NCBI GenBank assembly: GCA_963666565.1
Contig: OY762911.1
Span: 4,608,001-4,672,000 of the forward strand
Direction: 5' to 3'
DNA from: Thermoanaerobaculia bacterium
GTDB taxonomy: Bacteria > Acidobacteriota > Thermoanaerobaculia > Multivoradales > Multivoraceae
DNA: 64,000 nucleotides
A model generated the notes under the pieces. It was given only the letters and a program-made list of their open reading frames with translations, ran no database searches and was not told the origin of the DNA. How positions within the stretch are numbered: position 1 is the stretch's first letter; every line of letters starts with the position of its first letter. Both the position numbers and the translations under genes were made by a program. This document shows, piece by piece, positions 19,656 through 27,780 of this stretch.

Positions 19656-20603
19656 TCACTTGCCGCCGTTGCGGCCGAGCATACGCTCGCGGGCCGCGCC
19701 GGCCAGACGGTGGGCGGCCAGTTCCTCGGGATCGTAGTTCCAGCGCCGGTAGTTCCACATCCACTGCTCCGGCCGGGCCCGCACCCTCCGTTCGATCGCC
19801 GACGCGATCCGCTGCGACAGTTCCACCGGGTCCCGCGAACCGCCCGGCCGGCGCAGCGTCTCGCTCTCCAGCCGGTAGGCGAACGGCCCTTCGCGGATGC
19901 AGAAGGCGGCGACCAGCGGGCAGTCGCGCTTGGCCGCCAGCGCCGCGGGACCGCCGACGAACTCGGTGCGGCGGCCCAGGAAGTCGACCTCCGGGCCGCG
20001 CCGCTGGTCAGGGCGCTGATCGACGACCATGATGAGCGTCTCGCGGCGGTTGAGACAGCTCAGCATGTCGCGCAGCAGGGAGGTCCGGCCGCTCCAGATC
20101 ACCCGCACGCCAGCGCGGGCGCGCATCCGCTCGACGAAGACGGACGCCGCCCTGGCGCGCGACGGCTTGGCCACCGCGCAGACCGGCGCGGACGAGGCGC
20201 GGACCGTGCTCTGGGCCAGCAGTTCCCAGGCGCCCAGGTGGCCGGTGACCAGCACCTGACCGCGGCCGTGCGTCTCGACCTCGGCCATCAGTTGCCGCAA
20301 CTCGTCGAAGCCCGGCATCGACGCGACGTCGAGCCGCTTCCGGTCGAAGCTGATCCGCACCGTCTCGAGTGCGGCCACGATCTGGTGCCGCACGCAGCGC
20401 CGTTCCAGGTCGCGCGCCTCCGGCGACCCCGGCGGCAAGCCGAGCACGACCGCGAGGTTCCGCCGCATCAGCCGCACGTCGCGCGGCGTCACGCCTCGCA
20501 AGTGCGAGAGCAGGCCGGCAACGGAGCCGAACGCGGCCGCCGGCAGCAGACGGATCAGCCAGGACACGGCGTAGAGGAAGGCGCCCATGGCTCGGTCGGA
20601 CAT
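19656..20603 (-). CDS. Lysophospholipid/lipid A acyltransferase (LpxL-like)
   Basis: GHLGAWE (HxxxxE), VVDQ, PEQWMWNYRRW. Confidence 0.88.
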   Translation of the reverse strand: MSDRAMGAFLYAVSWLIRLLPAAAFGSVAGLLSHLRGVTPRDVRLMRRNLAVVLGLPPGSPEARDLERRCVRHQIVAALETVRISFDRKRLDVASMPGFDELRQLMAEVETHGRGQVLVTGHLGAWELLAQSTVRASSAPVCAVAKPSRARAASVFVERMRARAGVRVIWSGRTSLLRDMLSCLNRRETLIMVVDQRPDQRRGPEVDFLGRRTEFVGGPAALAAKRDCPLVAAFCIREGPFAYRLESETLRRPGGSRDPVELSQRIASAIERRVRARPEQWMWNYRRWNYDPEELAAHRLAGAARERMLGRNGGK

Positions 20604-20631
20604 AGGTGTTGAGTCTAAGGACTCGCCTGTC

Positions 20632-20752
20632 GGTGCGCGGGTCTTCTGACCCGCTGCCGCCGGAAGCGGCCAGGAGAACGCACCGGCCTCTGGTAGCCGG
20701 CCCTGTCGTCGCGGTTCTGCCCGCGGGCGGGTCAGAAGACCCGCGCACCCAG
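20632..20752. repeat. Inverted pair of family A repeats (REPIN/BIME-like)
   Basis: + copy 20632-20673 and - copy 20727-20752 in a divergent intergenic region. Confidence 0.85.
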
Positions 20753-20789
20753 CGGACTGCGCCACGGACTCGGTGTACTATCCCGCCTC

Positions 20790-21044
20790 TTGACCGGACA
20801 ACCCGACCCTTCGGCCTACTGGCGCGCCAACCTGCGCCTGATGGCGATTCTCCTCGCCGTCTGGTTCCTCTGTTCCTACGTCCTCGGCATCTTCCTCGTC
20901 GAGCCGCTGAACGAGGCCCGCATCGGCGGCTTCCCGCTCGGCTTCTGGTTCGCCCACCAGGGTTCGATCTACGTCTTCGTCGTGCTGATCCTCGTCTACG
21001 CGGCCGTCATGGACCGCCTCGACCGCCGCTACGGGGTCGACTGA
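20790..21044 (+). CDS. Small membrane subunit of solute:sodium symporter (DUF4212-like)
   Basis: YWRANLRL, GGFPLGFWFAHQGSIYVF, MDRLDRRYGV. Confidence 0.88.
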   Translation: MTGQPDPSAYWRANLRLMAILLAVWFLCSYVLGIFLVEPLNEARIGGFPLGFWFAHQGSIYVFVVLILVYAAVMDRLDRRYGVD

Positions 21045-21120
21045 GCCGCTCCACGCGCCCGTTCGACGAACCGACCGCAACCGATAGCGCGCCACCGCCC
21101 GGGGAAGGACTCGACAGCCG

Positions 21121-22818
21121 ATGAACGTCCAGGCCTGGACCTACCTGATCGTCACCGCGACCTTCGCGCTCTACGTCGGCATCGCCTGGTGGAGCCGCGT
21201 CCGGACGACCTCCGGCTTCTACGTCGCCGGCCGCGGCGTGCCGGCGGTCGCCAACGGCATGGCCACCGGCGCAGACTGGATGAGCGCCGCCTCCTTCATC
21301 TCGATGGCGGGCCTCATCTCCTTCATGGGCTACACCGGCACCATCTACCTGATGGGCTGGACCGGCGGCTACGTCCTGCTGGCGCTGCTGCTCGCGCCGT
21401 ACCTGCGCAAGTACGGCAAGTTCACGACCTCCGAGTTCGTCGGCGACCGCTACTACTCCGACGCCGCCCGGCTGGTGGCGGCCGGTTGCACGATCTTCGT
21501 CTCCTTCACCTACATCGCCGGCCAGATGCGCGGCGTCGGGGTCGTCTTCTCGCGCTTCCTGGAGGTCGAGGTCCACTGGGGCGTGATCATCGGCGTGGTC
21601 ATCGTCTTCTTCTACGCCGTGCTCGGCGGCATGAGGGGGATCACCTACACCCAGGTCGCCCAGTACTGCGTGCTGATCGTCGCCTTCCTGATTCCGGCGG
21701 CCGCGATCTCCTGGAAGATCACCGGCAACCCGATCCCGCAGCTGGGTTTCGGCGGTTCGGTCCAGGAAGGCCAGCAGGCCGGCGTCTTTCTGCTCGAGGC
21801 GCTGGACGCCCTGCACCGTGAACTGCGGCTGCCCGAGTACACCGCCGCCTTCGTGCCGGGCAAGAAGAGCATGATCGACGTCACGGCGATCACGCTGGCG
21901 CTGATGGTCGGCACGGCGGGGCTGCCGCACGTGCTGGTCCGCTTCTACACCGTGCGCAGCGCCCGCGCGGCGCGCTGGAGCGCGCTGTGGGCGCTGGTCT
22001 TCATCGGCCTGCTCTACACGACGGCGCCCGCGGTCGCCGCCTTCGCCCGCGTCAACCTGATCTCGACGCTGCACAACACGAGCTACAGCGAAGTGCCGGA
22101 GTGGTTCAGGAGCTGGGAGACGACCGGCCTGATCTCCTTCGACGACCAGGACGGCGACGGCGTCATCGACATGTCCGACGGCGCCAACGAACTGACCGTC
22201 GACCAGGACATCATGGTCCTCGCCAACCCGGAGATCGCCGAGCTGCCGGCGTGGGTGGTCGCCCTGGTCGCCGCCGGCGGGCTCGCGGCGGCGCTTTCGA
22301 CCGCCGCCGGCCTCCTGCTCGTCATCGCCTCGGCCATCTCCCACGACATCGGCAAGTCCATCCTGTGGAAGGACATGAGCTCGCGCCGGGAACTCCTGCT
22401 GGCGCGCGGCACGGCGTCCGTCGCCGTGATCGTCGCCGCCTACTTCGGCATCTCGCCGCCCGGCTTCGTCGCCCAGGTGGTCGCGTTCGCCTTCGGCCTC
22501 GCCGCCTCCAGCTTCTTCCCCGTCCTCGTGCTCGGCATCTTCACCCGCAGCACGACGAAGGAAGGCGCCATCGCCGGCATGAGCAGCGGCATCCTGTTCA
22601 CCGGCGCCTACATCGTCTACTTCCGCCTGATCCGGCCGGAAGCGACCGCCGAGGACTGGCTGTTCGGCATCAGTCCAGAGGGCATCGGCGCCGTCGGCAT
22701 GCTGATCAACTTCGCTCTCGCCCTGACCGTGAGCCGGTTCACGAAGCCGCCGCCGGAAGAGGTGCAGCAGTTGGTCAGCGAGATCCGGCTGCCGCGCGAA
22801 CGGACTGCCGACGACTAG
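21121..22818 (+). CDS. Sodium:solute symporter (ActP-like cation/acetate symporter)
   Basis: NGMATGADWMSAASF, GTAGLPHVLVRFYTV, GGLAAALSTAAGLL. Confidence 0.92.
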   Translation: MNVQAWTYLIVTATFALYVGIAWWSRVRTTSGFYVAGRGVPAVANGMATGADWMSAASFISMAGLISFMGYTGTIYLMGWTGGYVLLALLLAPYLRKYGKFTTSEFVGDRYYSDAARLVAAGCTIFVSFTYIAGQMRGVGVVFSRFLEVEVHWGVIIGVVIVFFYAVLGGMRGITYTQVAQYCVLIVAFLIPAAAISWKITGNPIPQLGFGGSVQEGQQAGVFLLEALDALHRELRLPEYTAAFVPGKKSMIDVTAITLALMVGTAGLPHVLVRFYTVRSARAARWSALWALVFIGLLYTTAPAVAAFARVNLISTLHNTSYSEVPEWFRSWETTGLISFDDQDGDGVIDMSDGANELTVDQDIMVLANPEIAELPAWVVALVAAGGLAAALSTAAGLLLVIASAISHDIGKSILWKDMSSRRELLLARGTASVAVIVAAYFGISPPGFVAQVVAFAFGLAASSFFPVLVLGIFTRSTTKEGAIAGMSSGILFTGAYIVYFRLIRPEATAEDWLFGISPEGIGAVGMLINFALALTVSRFTKPPPEEVQQLVSEIRLPRERTADD

Positions 22819-22895
22819 CGGGCCAGCGAGGCCGTCTCGCCCGCGCCGGCTTCGTGAACCGCCCGCCCCGGATAGACTCGCCCGAGGAGTCGTCG

Positions 22896-23285
22896 ATGGC
22901 GCAGCAGTGGAAGAACTGGTGGAACCAGGCTCGGCACGATCTGCAGCACGCCGAGGCCGCGAGACGCGAGGAACGGCACGACTGGGCCTGCTTCGCGGCG
23001 CACCAGTCGGCCGAAAAGGCCGTCAAGGCGCTTCATCTGGCGCACGGGCAGGAAGCCTGGGGCCACGCCATCGTCCGCCTTCTGGCCGACTTGCCCGTAC
23101 CCGTTCCCGAAGAACAGGTGGAAGCGGCCATCACGCTCGACGGCTTCTACATTCCCGCGCGGTATCCGAACGGCCACGAGGAGGGGGCGCCGTTCGAGCA
23201 CTATGGTCCGATACACAGTGAGCTGGGGACTCGCCTTGCCGGTCACATCCACGAGTTCGTCCGTCAAGCGCTGGCCGAGCTCTGA
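22896..23285 (+). CDS. HEPN-domain protein
   Basis: WACFAAHQSAEKAVKA, WGHAI, YIPARYP; GAGGAG RBS. Confidence 0.88.
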   Translation: MAQQWKNWWNQARHDLQHAEAARREERHDWACFAAHQSAEKAVKALHLAHGQEAWGHAIVRLLADLPVPVPEEQVEAAITLDGFYIPARYPNGHEEGAPFEHYGPIHSELGTRLAGHIHEFVRQALAEL

Positions 23286-23637
23286 GACGATCCTCGGCGC
23301 CCTCAACGCCTGGGGCGCCGCGGCCGCCAGCCGCCGGAGCGATCTGCTCGCGCTCGGCTACTTCGGCTCCTACGCTCGCGGCGACGCCGGATTCGGCAGC
23401 GACCTGGACCTGATCCTCATCGTCGAGGCCGATCGACGCCCGCGGATGGAGCGAGCGGCCGACTGGCGCACGGACTCGCTCCCGGTTCCAACGGACCTCA
23501 TCGTCTACACCCGGGAGGAGTGGCTACGCCTCCGCGCTGGAGGCGGCCGCTTCGCGCGCACCCTGGAGCGAGAGGCGCGGTGGCTCTGGAACAACGTCCC
23601 GCCGTCGACAGCGACAACGGACGCAAGACGCCCCTGA
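23236..23637 (+). CDS. Minimal nucleotidyltransferase (MNT), HEPN partner
   Basis: YFGSYARGD...SDLDLILI, DLIVYT; overlaps HEPN 3' end; start uncertain. Confidence 0.85.
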   Translation: MPVTSTSSSVKRWPSSETILGALNAWGAAAASRRSDLLALGYFGSYARGDAGFGSDLDLILIVEADRRPRMERAADWRTDSLPVPTDLIVYTREEWLRLRAGGGRFARTLEREARWLWNNVPPSTATTDARRP

Positions 23638-23652
23638 GCCTGGCGCCGCCGC

Positions 23653-23762
23653 GCACGACGACGGCCGGGTACTCCGGTCCCTCCGACCTGTGGATCGTCA
23701 ACAAGCAGGCCAGCACGACCCGGTTCAGGTCGTCGAACGGGTAGACAATCGGGCGGCCGCCG
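23653..23762 (-). pseudogene. Degenerate duplicate of a recD2 3' segment
   Basis: GRPIVYPFDDLNRVVLACLLTIHRSEGPEYPAVVV aligns without gaps to RecD2 [35 protein letters not shown] (27975-28084); first 22 nt identical. Confidence 0.8.
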
Positions 23763-23777
23763 GACTCGGGCAGCGGA

Positions 23778-23855
23778 CCGCTCCAGCTTGGAACCGAAGC
23801 GCCCGACGTGCTCCCGTCGCAGGGTCGTCTTCACCTCGACCACCACGACCGCCCC
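23778..23855 (-). pseudogene. Fragment of a PD-(D/E)xK-type protein (DUF3782-like)
   Basis: GAVVVVEVKTTLRREHVGRF reads like the ExK strand of such nucleases; nothing coherent on either side. Confidence 0.45.
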
Positions 23856-23977
23856 ACGGTCGCGGCGGGCGGCTTGGCGGCGACGCTACGATAGGGCGGC
23901 GGAAGCGTGAGTACTCGATTCGCGGTTCCCGGTCGCGGCTCGAGCGCCGCGCCACCCGCGAGCGGGCGGAGCGAAGA

Positions 23978-24625
23978 ATGAGTGACGGACCGAATTGGCG
24001 CGGACGGCCGACCCGTCTGCCTGGCGGTGGATGGGGCGTCGCGATCGAGCACTTTCCCGCCACCCAACCGCCGCGACCCGGAGACACGGTCAAGGTCTAC
24101 GCGCGCCGGAGGAAGAACTGGACGGCGAGGATCACCGCGGTCGAGGACACGCGGCGTCAAACCCTGGTGCGCACGACCGGCCCCAACCAGGTCATCGAGC
24201 ATGACGACTCCCGCGACGCCGAGCGGGTCGAGCTTGCTGCACTGCCCGCAGACAGCCCCATCGGAACCCTGCGGGAAGTCGCCGCGACGCTGGACGCCGC
24301 GGCGGCTGCTCTGCGCGCGGAGGATACCCCATTTCGCCGCGCTAGCGCGGCATCCGAAGGCCGGGCATTCGCGGACGCTGGGTCCGGTGCCAGCACTGGA
24401 CGCGGCCGGTGCGGATCCCCGGCACCTGCCCGGAACGCGGCAGCACAGGCCGACTCGTCGAGGGCCGGTACCGGCGCGGCATTCGGCTTCTTGTCCAAGT
24501 ACGCCGAGACGAAGCGTCGACCAGAACCAAGGCTTCACCGGCACGCAGCTTGGCGCGGGCCGCGCGAATCCGCCTTGCCAAGACCCCGACCGCGATCAGA
24601 GCCGTCCCCGCCGCCATCACCGTGA
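23978..24625 (+). CDS. Hypothetical protein (beta-rich N-terminus; 3' end doubtful)
   Basis: MSDGPNW...GGWGVAI...PGDTVKVYARR; low-complexity tail overlaps the convergent ORF. Confidence 0.4.
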   Translation: MSDGPNWRGRPTRLPGGGWGVAIEHFPATQPPRPGDTVKVYARRRKNWTARITAVEDTRRQTLVRTTGPNQVIEHDDSRDAERVELAALPADSPIGTLREVAATLDAAAAALRAEDTPFRRASAASEGRAFADAGSGASTGRGRCGSPAPARNAAAQADSSRAGTGAAFGFLSKYAETKRRPEPRLHRHAAWRGPRESALPRPRPRSEPSPPPSP

Positions 24626-25049
24626 CGATGACGGTCTGGTTGGCGCGGGCGAACTTCAACAGTCCCTCCGAGCTGTTGTCCAGACGGGCGCGGAGAGCTT
24701 CCCATCGTTTCATGTTCCTGATTCCACGGCTGCGGTTCCACGATGACCTTTCGAACAAGAGGTTCTTCAGGTCGCCTGCCAGCTCAGGATGGAGGGTTCT
24801 CGACTTGATGTGACTGAGGTCGCGCTTGAGGAACGCCCCGAGATCCTCCGCGCACGTCTTCACTCCGGACGGAATGCGGCCGTACAACTCCTTGGCACCG
24901 AGGCCAATCGGGCGACCTCGCGAGGCCAACCTCTGCACCTCGTCCCTCGTCAAGCTCGAAAAGGAGCGCGGCCACCTGACGGCCCGTCGCCCCACGGTGG
25001 CGGCAGCCGTGAAAAGGCGGGTTGGCGTGCGGACCCAACGGACAGCCAT
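24342..25049 (-). CDS. Putative HNH-like nuclease-fold protein with a hydrophobic segment
   Basis: DLSHIKS...HPELAGDLKNLLFE...NRSRG; hydrophobic VIVTVMAAGTALIAVGVLA. Confidence 0.5.
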   Translation of the reverse strand: MAVRWVRTPTRLFTAAATVGRRAVRWPRSFSSLTRDEVQRLASRGRPIGLGAKELYGRIPSGVKTCAEDLGAFLKRDLSHIKSRTLHPELAGDLKNLLFERSSWNRSRGIRNMKRWEALRARLDNSSEGLLKFARANQTVIVTVMAAGTALIAVGVLARRIRAARAKLRAGEALVLVDASSRRTWTRSRMPRRYRPSTSRPVLPRSGQVPGIRTGRVQCWHRTQRPRMPGLRMPR

Positions 25050-25098
25050 CCGCGCGAATCCTACAGATTCTCCGACGGCGGAGAGGGCCGTTGAGCCT

Positions 25099-25302
25099 TC
25101 ACTCACCGATCTCGATGACCCCGTCCGGGTCCGAGCCCCGAACTTCGGCGACATCCACTGAAAGGCAGCCCTCGACCGCTTCGTAGAGGTTGGTCAGCAG
25201 TTCCTCGAACGAGTCCCCCTGGGTGGCGCACCCAGGGATCGAGGGCACTTCCGCCCGGTACCCGCCCTCTTCGGCCTCGTGAATCACGACCTGCAGCTTC
25301 AT
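25099..25302 (-). CDS. hicB: HicB-family antitoxin (orphan)
   Basis: VVIHEAEEGGYRAEVPSIPGCATQGDSFEELL. Confidence 0.88.
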   Translation of the reverse strand: MKLQVVIHEAEEGGYRAEVPSIPGCATQGDSFEELLTNLYEAVEGCLSVDVAEVRGSDPDGVIEIGE

Positions 25303-25397
25303 CGTCTTACTGTTGTACCGTAGCACCGCTGTCCGTGCCGGACTCGCGAACTCACGGCTGCACGGATGGTCGGCAAGGGCACCTCGGGAGGTCGATC

Positions 25398-25628
25398 ATG
25401 AGCGTCGCCAAGTGGGGCAACAGTCTGGCCGTCCGCCTTCTCAAGGCGCCTGGCGCGGACCTCGGTCCCATCACTGGCGACGAGATCCAGACCGCGGCCA
25501 AGGTGCCGCAAGAGTCCATTGTCGTGAGAGTCCTGCGCCGGCAGCGGGCAGTCGAACGGATGCGACGGCGGGCCTGGGCGCTGCCGGACGGCTACGCCTT
25601 CGACCGGACTGCGGCGAACGAGAGGTGA
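25398..25628 (+). CDS. AbrB/MazE-family antitoxin (orphan, possibly decaying)
   Basis: VAKWGNSLAVRL; C-terminal LPDGYAFDRTAANER; GGGAGG RBS; downstream frame stops after VTDAPLWL. Confidence 0.7.
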   Translation: MSVAKWGNSLAVRLLKAPGADLGPITGDEIQTAAKVPQESIVVRVLRRQRAVERMRRRAWALPDGYAFDRTAANER

Positions 25629-25663
25629 CGGATGCCCCGCTGTGGCTTTGAGCCACGCTGAGG

Positions 25664-26299
25664 TCAAGGCGCCACCAAGGGAAACCACTCGGTCAGCGCT
25701 TCACGGAGCTTCGCGAAAGCGGAATCCTGACAACCCTGAAAGCTCATCTCCCTGCCGAGCCGCCCGAACGTGGCGGCCGACTTCGGGCGGCGGCGGGCGC
25801 GCATCGCCTCGACCATGGCCGCCTTGGGGTCCGGAGGCTTCGCAGCGCCGGCTGGCCAAAGAGCGTTCTCCGCCAGCCAGTCACGCAGCTCACGGAAGTT
25901 CGCACCCCAACCCAGTTCCCGCGCCAGCCGCGCTGAAGGCGCCCATACCCAGGCCTCAAGTTCAGGGTCGATCACCACCGCTCTTGCCCGACGGTCCCAG
26001 CCGTTCCTTCGGAGCTCAACCTCGACCTGTTCTTCGATCTCCTCCCTGGGCGCTTCCGATCCGCATCCCTCACGGTCGAAGAGGACGAGTGCGTGCTCGA
26101 ACCGGCTCGCGAAGGGTCTCAGGAAGGCCGCGGCGTCAAGCCGGCAACCGGCATCCCGCAACTGATGCACCCTGATCTGATAGTCGATGTCGCGTACGCC
26201 GAGCGCTTGGGAGCGGCGAAGCAGGCCGCCAACCGCCTGGGACATGCTCTTGTCCGCGACCAGGACGACCAGGTCACCGGTCGCTGCGTTCCCCTTCAT
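25664..26299 (-). CDS. TOPRIM-like partner of ABC ATPase (MADS MAD4/DUF4276-like)
   Basis: DLVVLVADK, RDAGC, VLFDREG, IDPELEAWVW, KPPDPK, CQDSAF; ATGA-coupled to ATPase. Confidence 0.72.
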   Translation of the reverse strand: MKGNAATGDLVVLVADKSMSQAVGGLLRRSQALGVRDIDYQIRVHQLRDAGCRLDAAAFLRPFASRFEHALVLFDREGCGSEAPREEIEEQVEVELRRNGWDRRARAVVIDPELEAWVWAPSARLARELGWGANFRELRDWLAENALWPAGAAKPPDPKAAMVEAMRARRRPKSAATFGRLGREMSFQGCQDSAFAKLREALTEWFPLVAP

Positions 26300-27564
26300 C
26301 CAGCCAAGCCGGAGGAGAACAGAATCTCCAGGTCGCGGCGTCCGCGGACGCTGCAATCCAACTGGAAGTACGGATGCTCGGTTCCGCGAACGATGTCCGT
26401 GGCGCCCCTCTCGTTCCTGGCCAGACACAGCACCTGCTCGGCACTGGACCGGTTCAGGAAATCGGGCGAGTGAGTGGCAGCCAGCACCTGGGAGTCGTAG
26501 ACCGACGACAACGAGTCGTGAATCGCGTCGAGAGACAGAGGATGGACGCCGTTCTCGGGCTCCTCCAGCAGGTAGATGCTGCCCGACTCGGGAAGATACG
26601 CCAGCAGCGTCAGCGCGAGCAGCCGCAGGGTGCCGTCGGAGACCATCCAGGAAGGTATCTCGAGGCCCGTGGCGTATCTCAGCATCAAGTAGGCATGGCG
26701 GTCCTCTTCGCGGATCTGAACGCCGACGCTCTCCAGGTCCGGGAGTGCGGTCCGCACATGACTGAGCCACGCCTCGTAGAGATCCGGACGATCGCTCCTG
26801 AGCCGGTCGACCGTCCAGGGCAGACTCGAACCGTCGGGCGCGAAACCGTTCCCGCGACGGGAAGGAGGACTCGCTTCCCGCATCCGCATGCTCTCGAGGA
26901 ACAAGGGCTTGATCGACTCGCTGAACGTCCGCTTCACGAGGGTCGACACGGGAAACGTATCGGGGGCCTCGGGCAGATTGGCCAGGGCCGACCGGTGATG
27001 CCCAAGCGCAATCGAGGTCACCCACCCCCTACCGGGCCGCGGCGCTGTCTCGAAGTTGAAGCTGGCCGAGCCCTCGGCCGACTTGCTCAGGACCGTCCTC
27101 CGACCGGGTCGGCCGCCGCCTTCCAGGAGCGTGTCCGGCGCCGTCCGCGGGTCGGGAAACAGCGAGTGCTGCCTCGGCTCTGCCCGCCCTGCCGGCGTAA
27201 GGAGCCCTCGCTCCGACTGGATGCGGACGTCTCCCTCGACTTCCCCTACGGCGATCTCGTAGCGAAACCGGCGATAGTCGCCGGGGAGGCGATCCAGGAG
27301 GGTTTCGGGAATCTCGAACTCCACCGCGAGTTCGAAGCCCGGCTCGCGGTCGGGGCGATTCCAGACCATGTCCTGGAAGTTCCGGGTGCGACGCTCGACG
27401 GCGCTCTCCAGCCCGTCCCGCACGAGGTCGGCGACGAACGAGACCACATCGAACAGCGTGCTCTTGCCGCTGGCATTGGGGCCGATCAGGACGTGGAAGC
27501 GGTCCAGGTCCAGATCGACGTAACGAAGACAGCGATAGTGAAGCGCCTGGATTCGTCGAATCAC
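26296..27564 (-). CDS. Defence-type ABC ATPase (AAA_21; MADS MAD3-like)
   Basis: YRCLR, GPNASGKST, VSDGTLR signature, LLEEPENGVHP, ATHSP. Confidence 0.85.
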   Translation of the reverse strand: MIRRIQALHYRCLRYVDLDLDRFHVLIGPNASGKSTLFDVVSFVADLVRDGLESAVERRTRNFQDMVWNRPDREPGFELAVEFEIPETLLDRLPGDYRRFRYEIAVGEVEGDVRIQSERGLLTPAGRAEPRQHSLFPDPRTAPDTLLEGGGRPGRRTVLSKSAEGSASFNFETAPRPGRGWVTSIALGHHRSALANLPEAPDTFPVSTLVKRTFSESIKPLFLESMRMREASPPSRRGNGFAPDGSSLPWTVDRLRSDRPDLYEAWLSHVRTALPDLESVGVQIREEDRHAYLMLRYATGLEIPSWMVSDGTLRLLALTLLAYLPESGSIYLLEEPENGVHPLSLDAIHDSLSSVYDSQVLAATHSPDFLNRSSAEQVLCLARNERGATDIVRGTEHPYFQLDCSVRGRRDLEILFSSGLAG

Positions 27565-27696
27565 GGTGCCAGTGTAACGCTCGGCTCGGACCTGCTTTCT
27601 CGGCGAACCGACTCGCTCGCGCGGCCTTCGACCCGGCCTGCAGACGAGCCGGCCGCGAAGCCAGCGCGGCAGAGGCCCGGAGGCCGGCGCTTCTTT

Positions 27697-27766
27697 CTGG
27701 CCGCCTCCGGCGGCAGCGGGTCAGAAGACCCGCGCACCCGGCGGACAGCCCTGCGCGACAGTGCGT
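27697..27766 (-). repeat. Family A REP-like copy with extended leader
   Basis: Reverse complement: ...ctgtcgcgcagggctgtccgcc-gggtgcgcgggtcttctgacccgctgccgccggaggcggccag; leader shared with copies at 53764 and 63644. Confidence 0.88.
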
Positions 27767-27780
27767 CCTGACGGCTGCGA

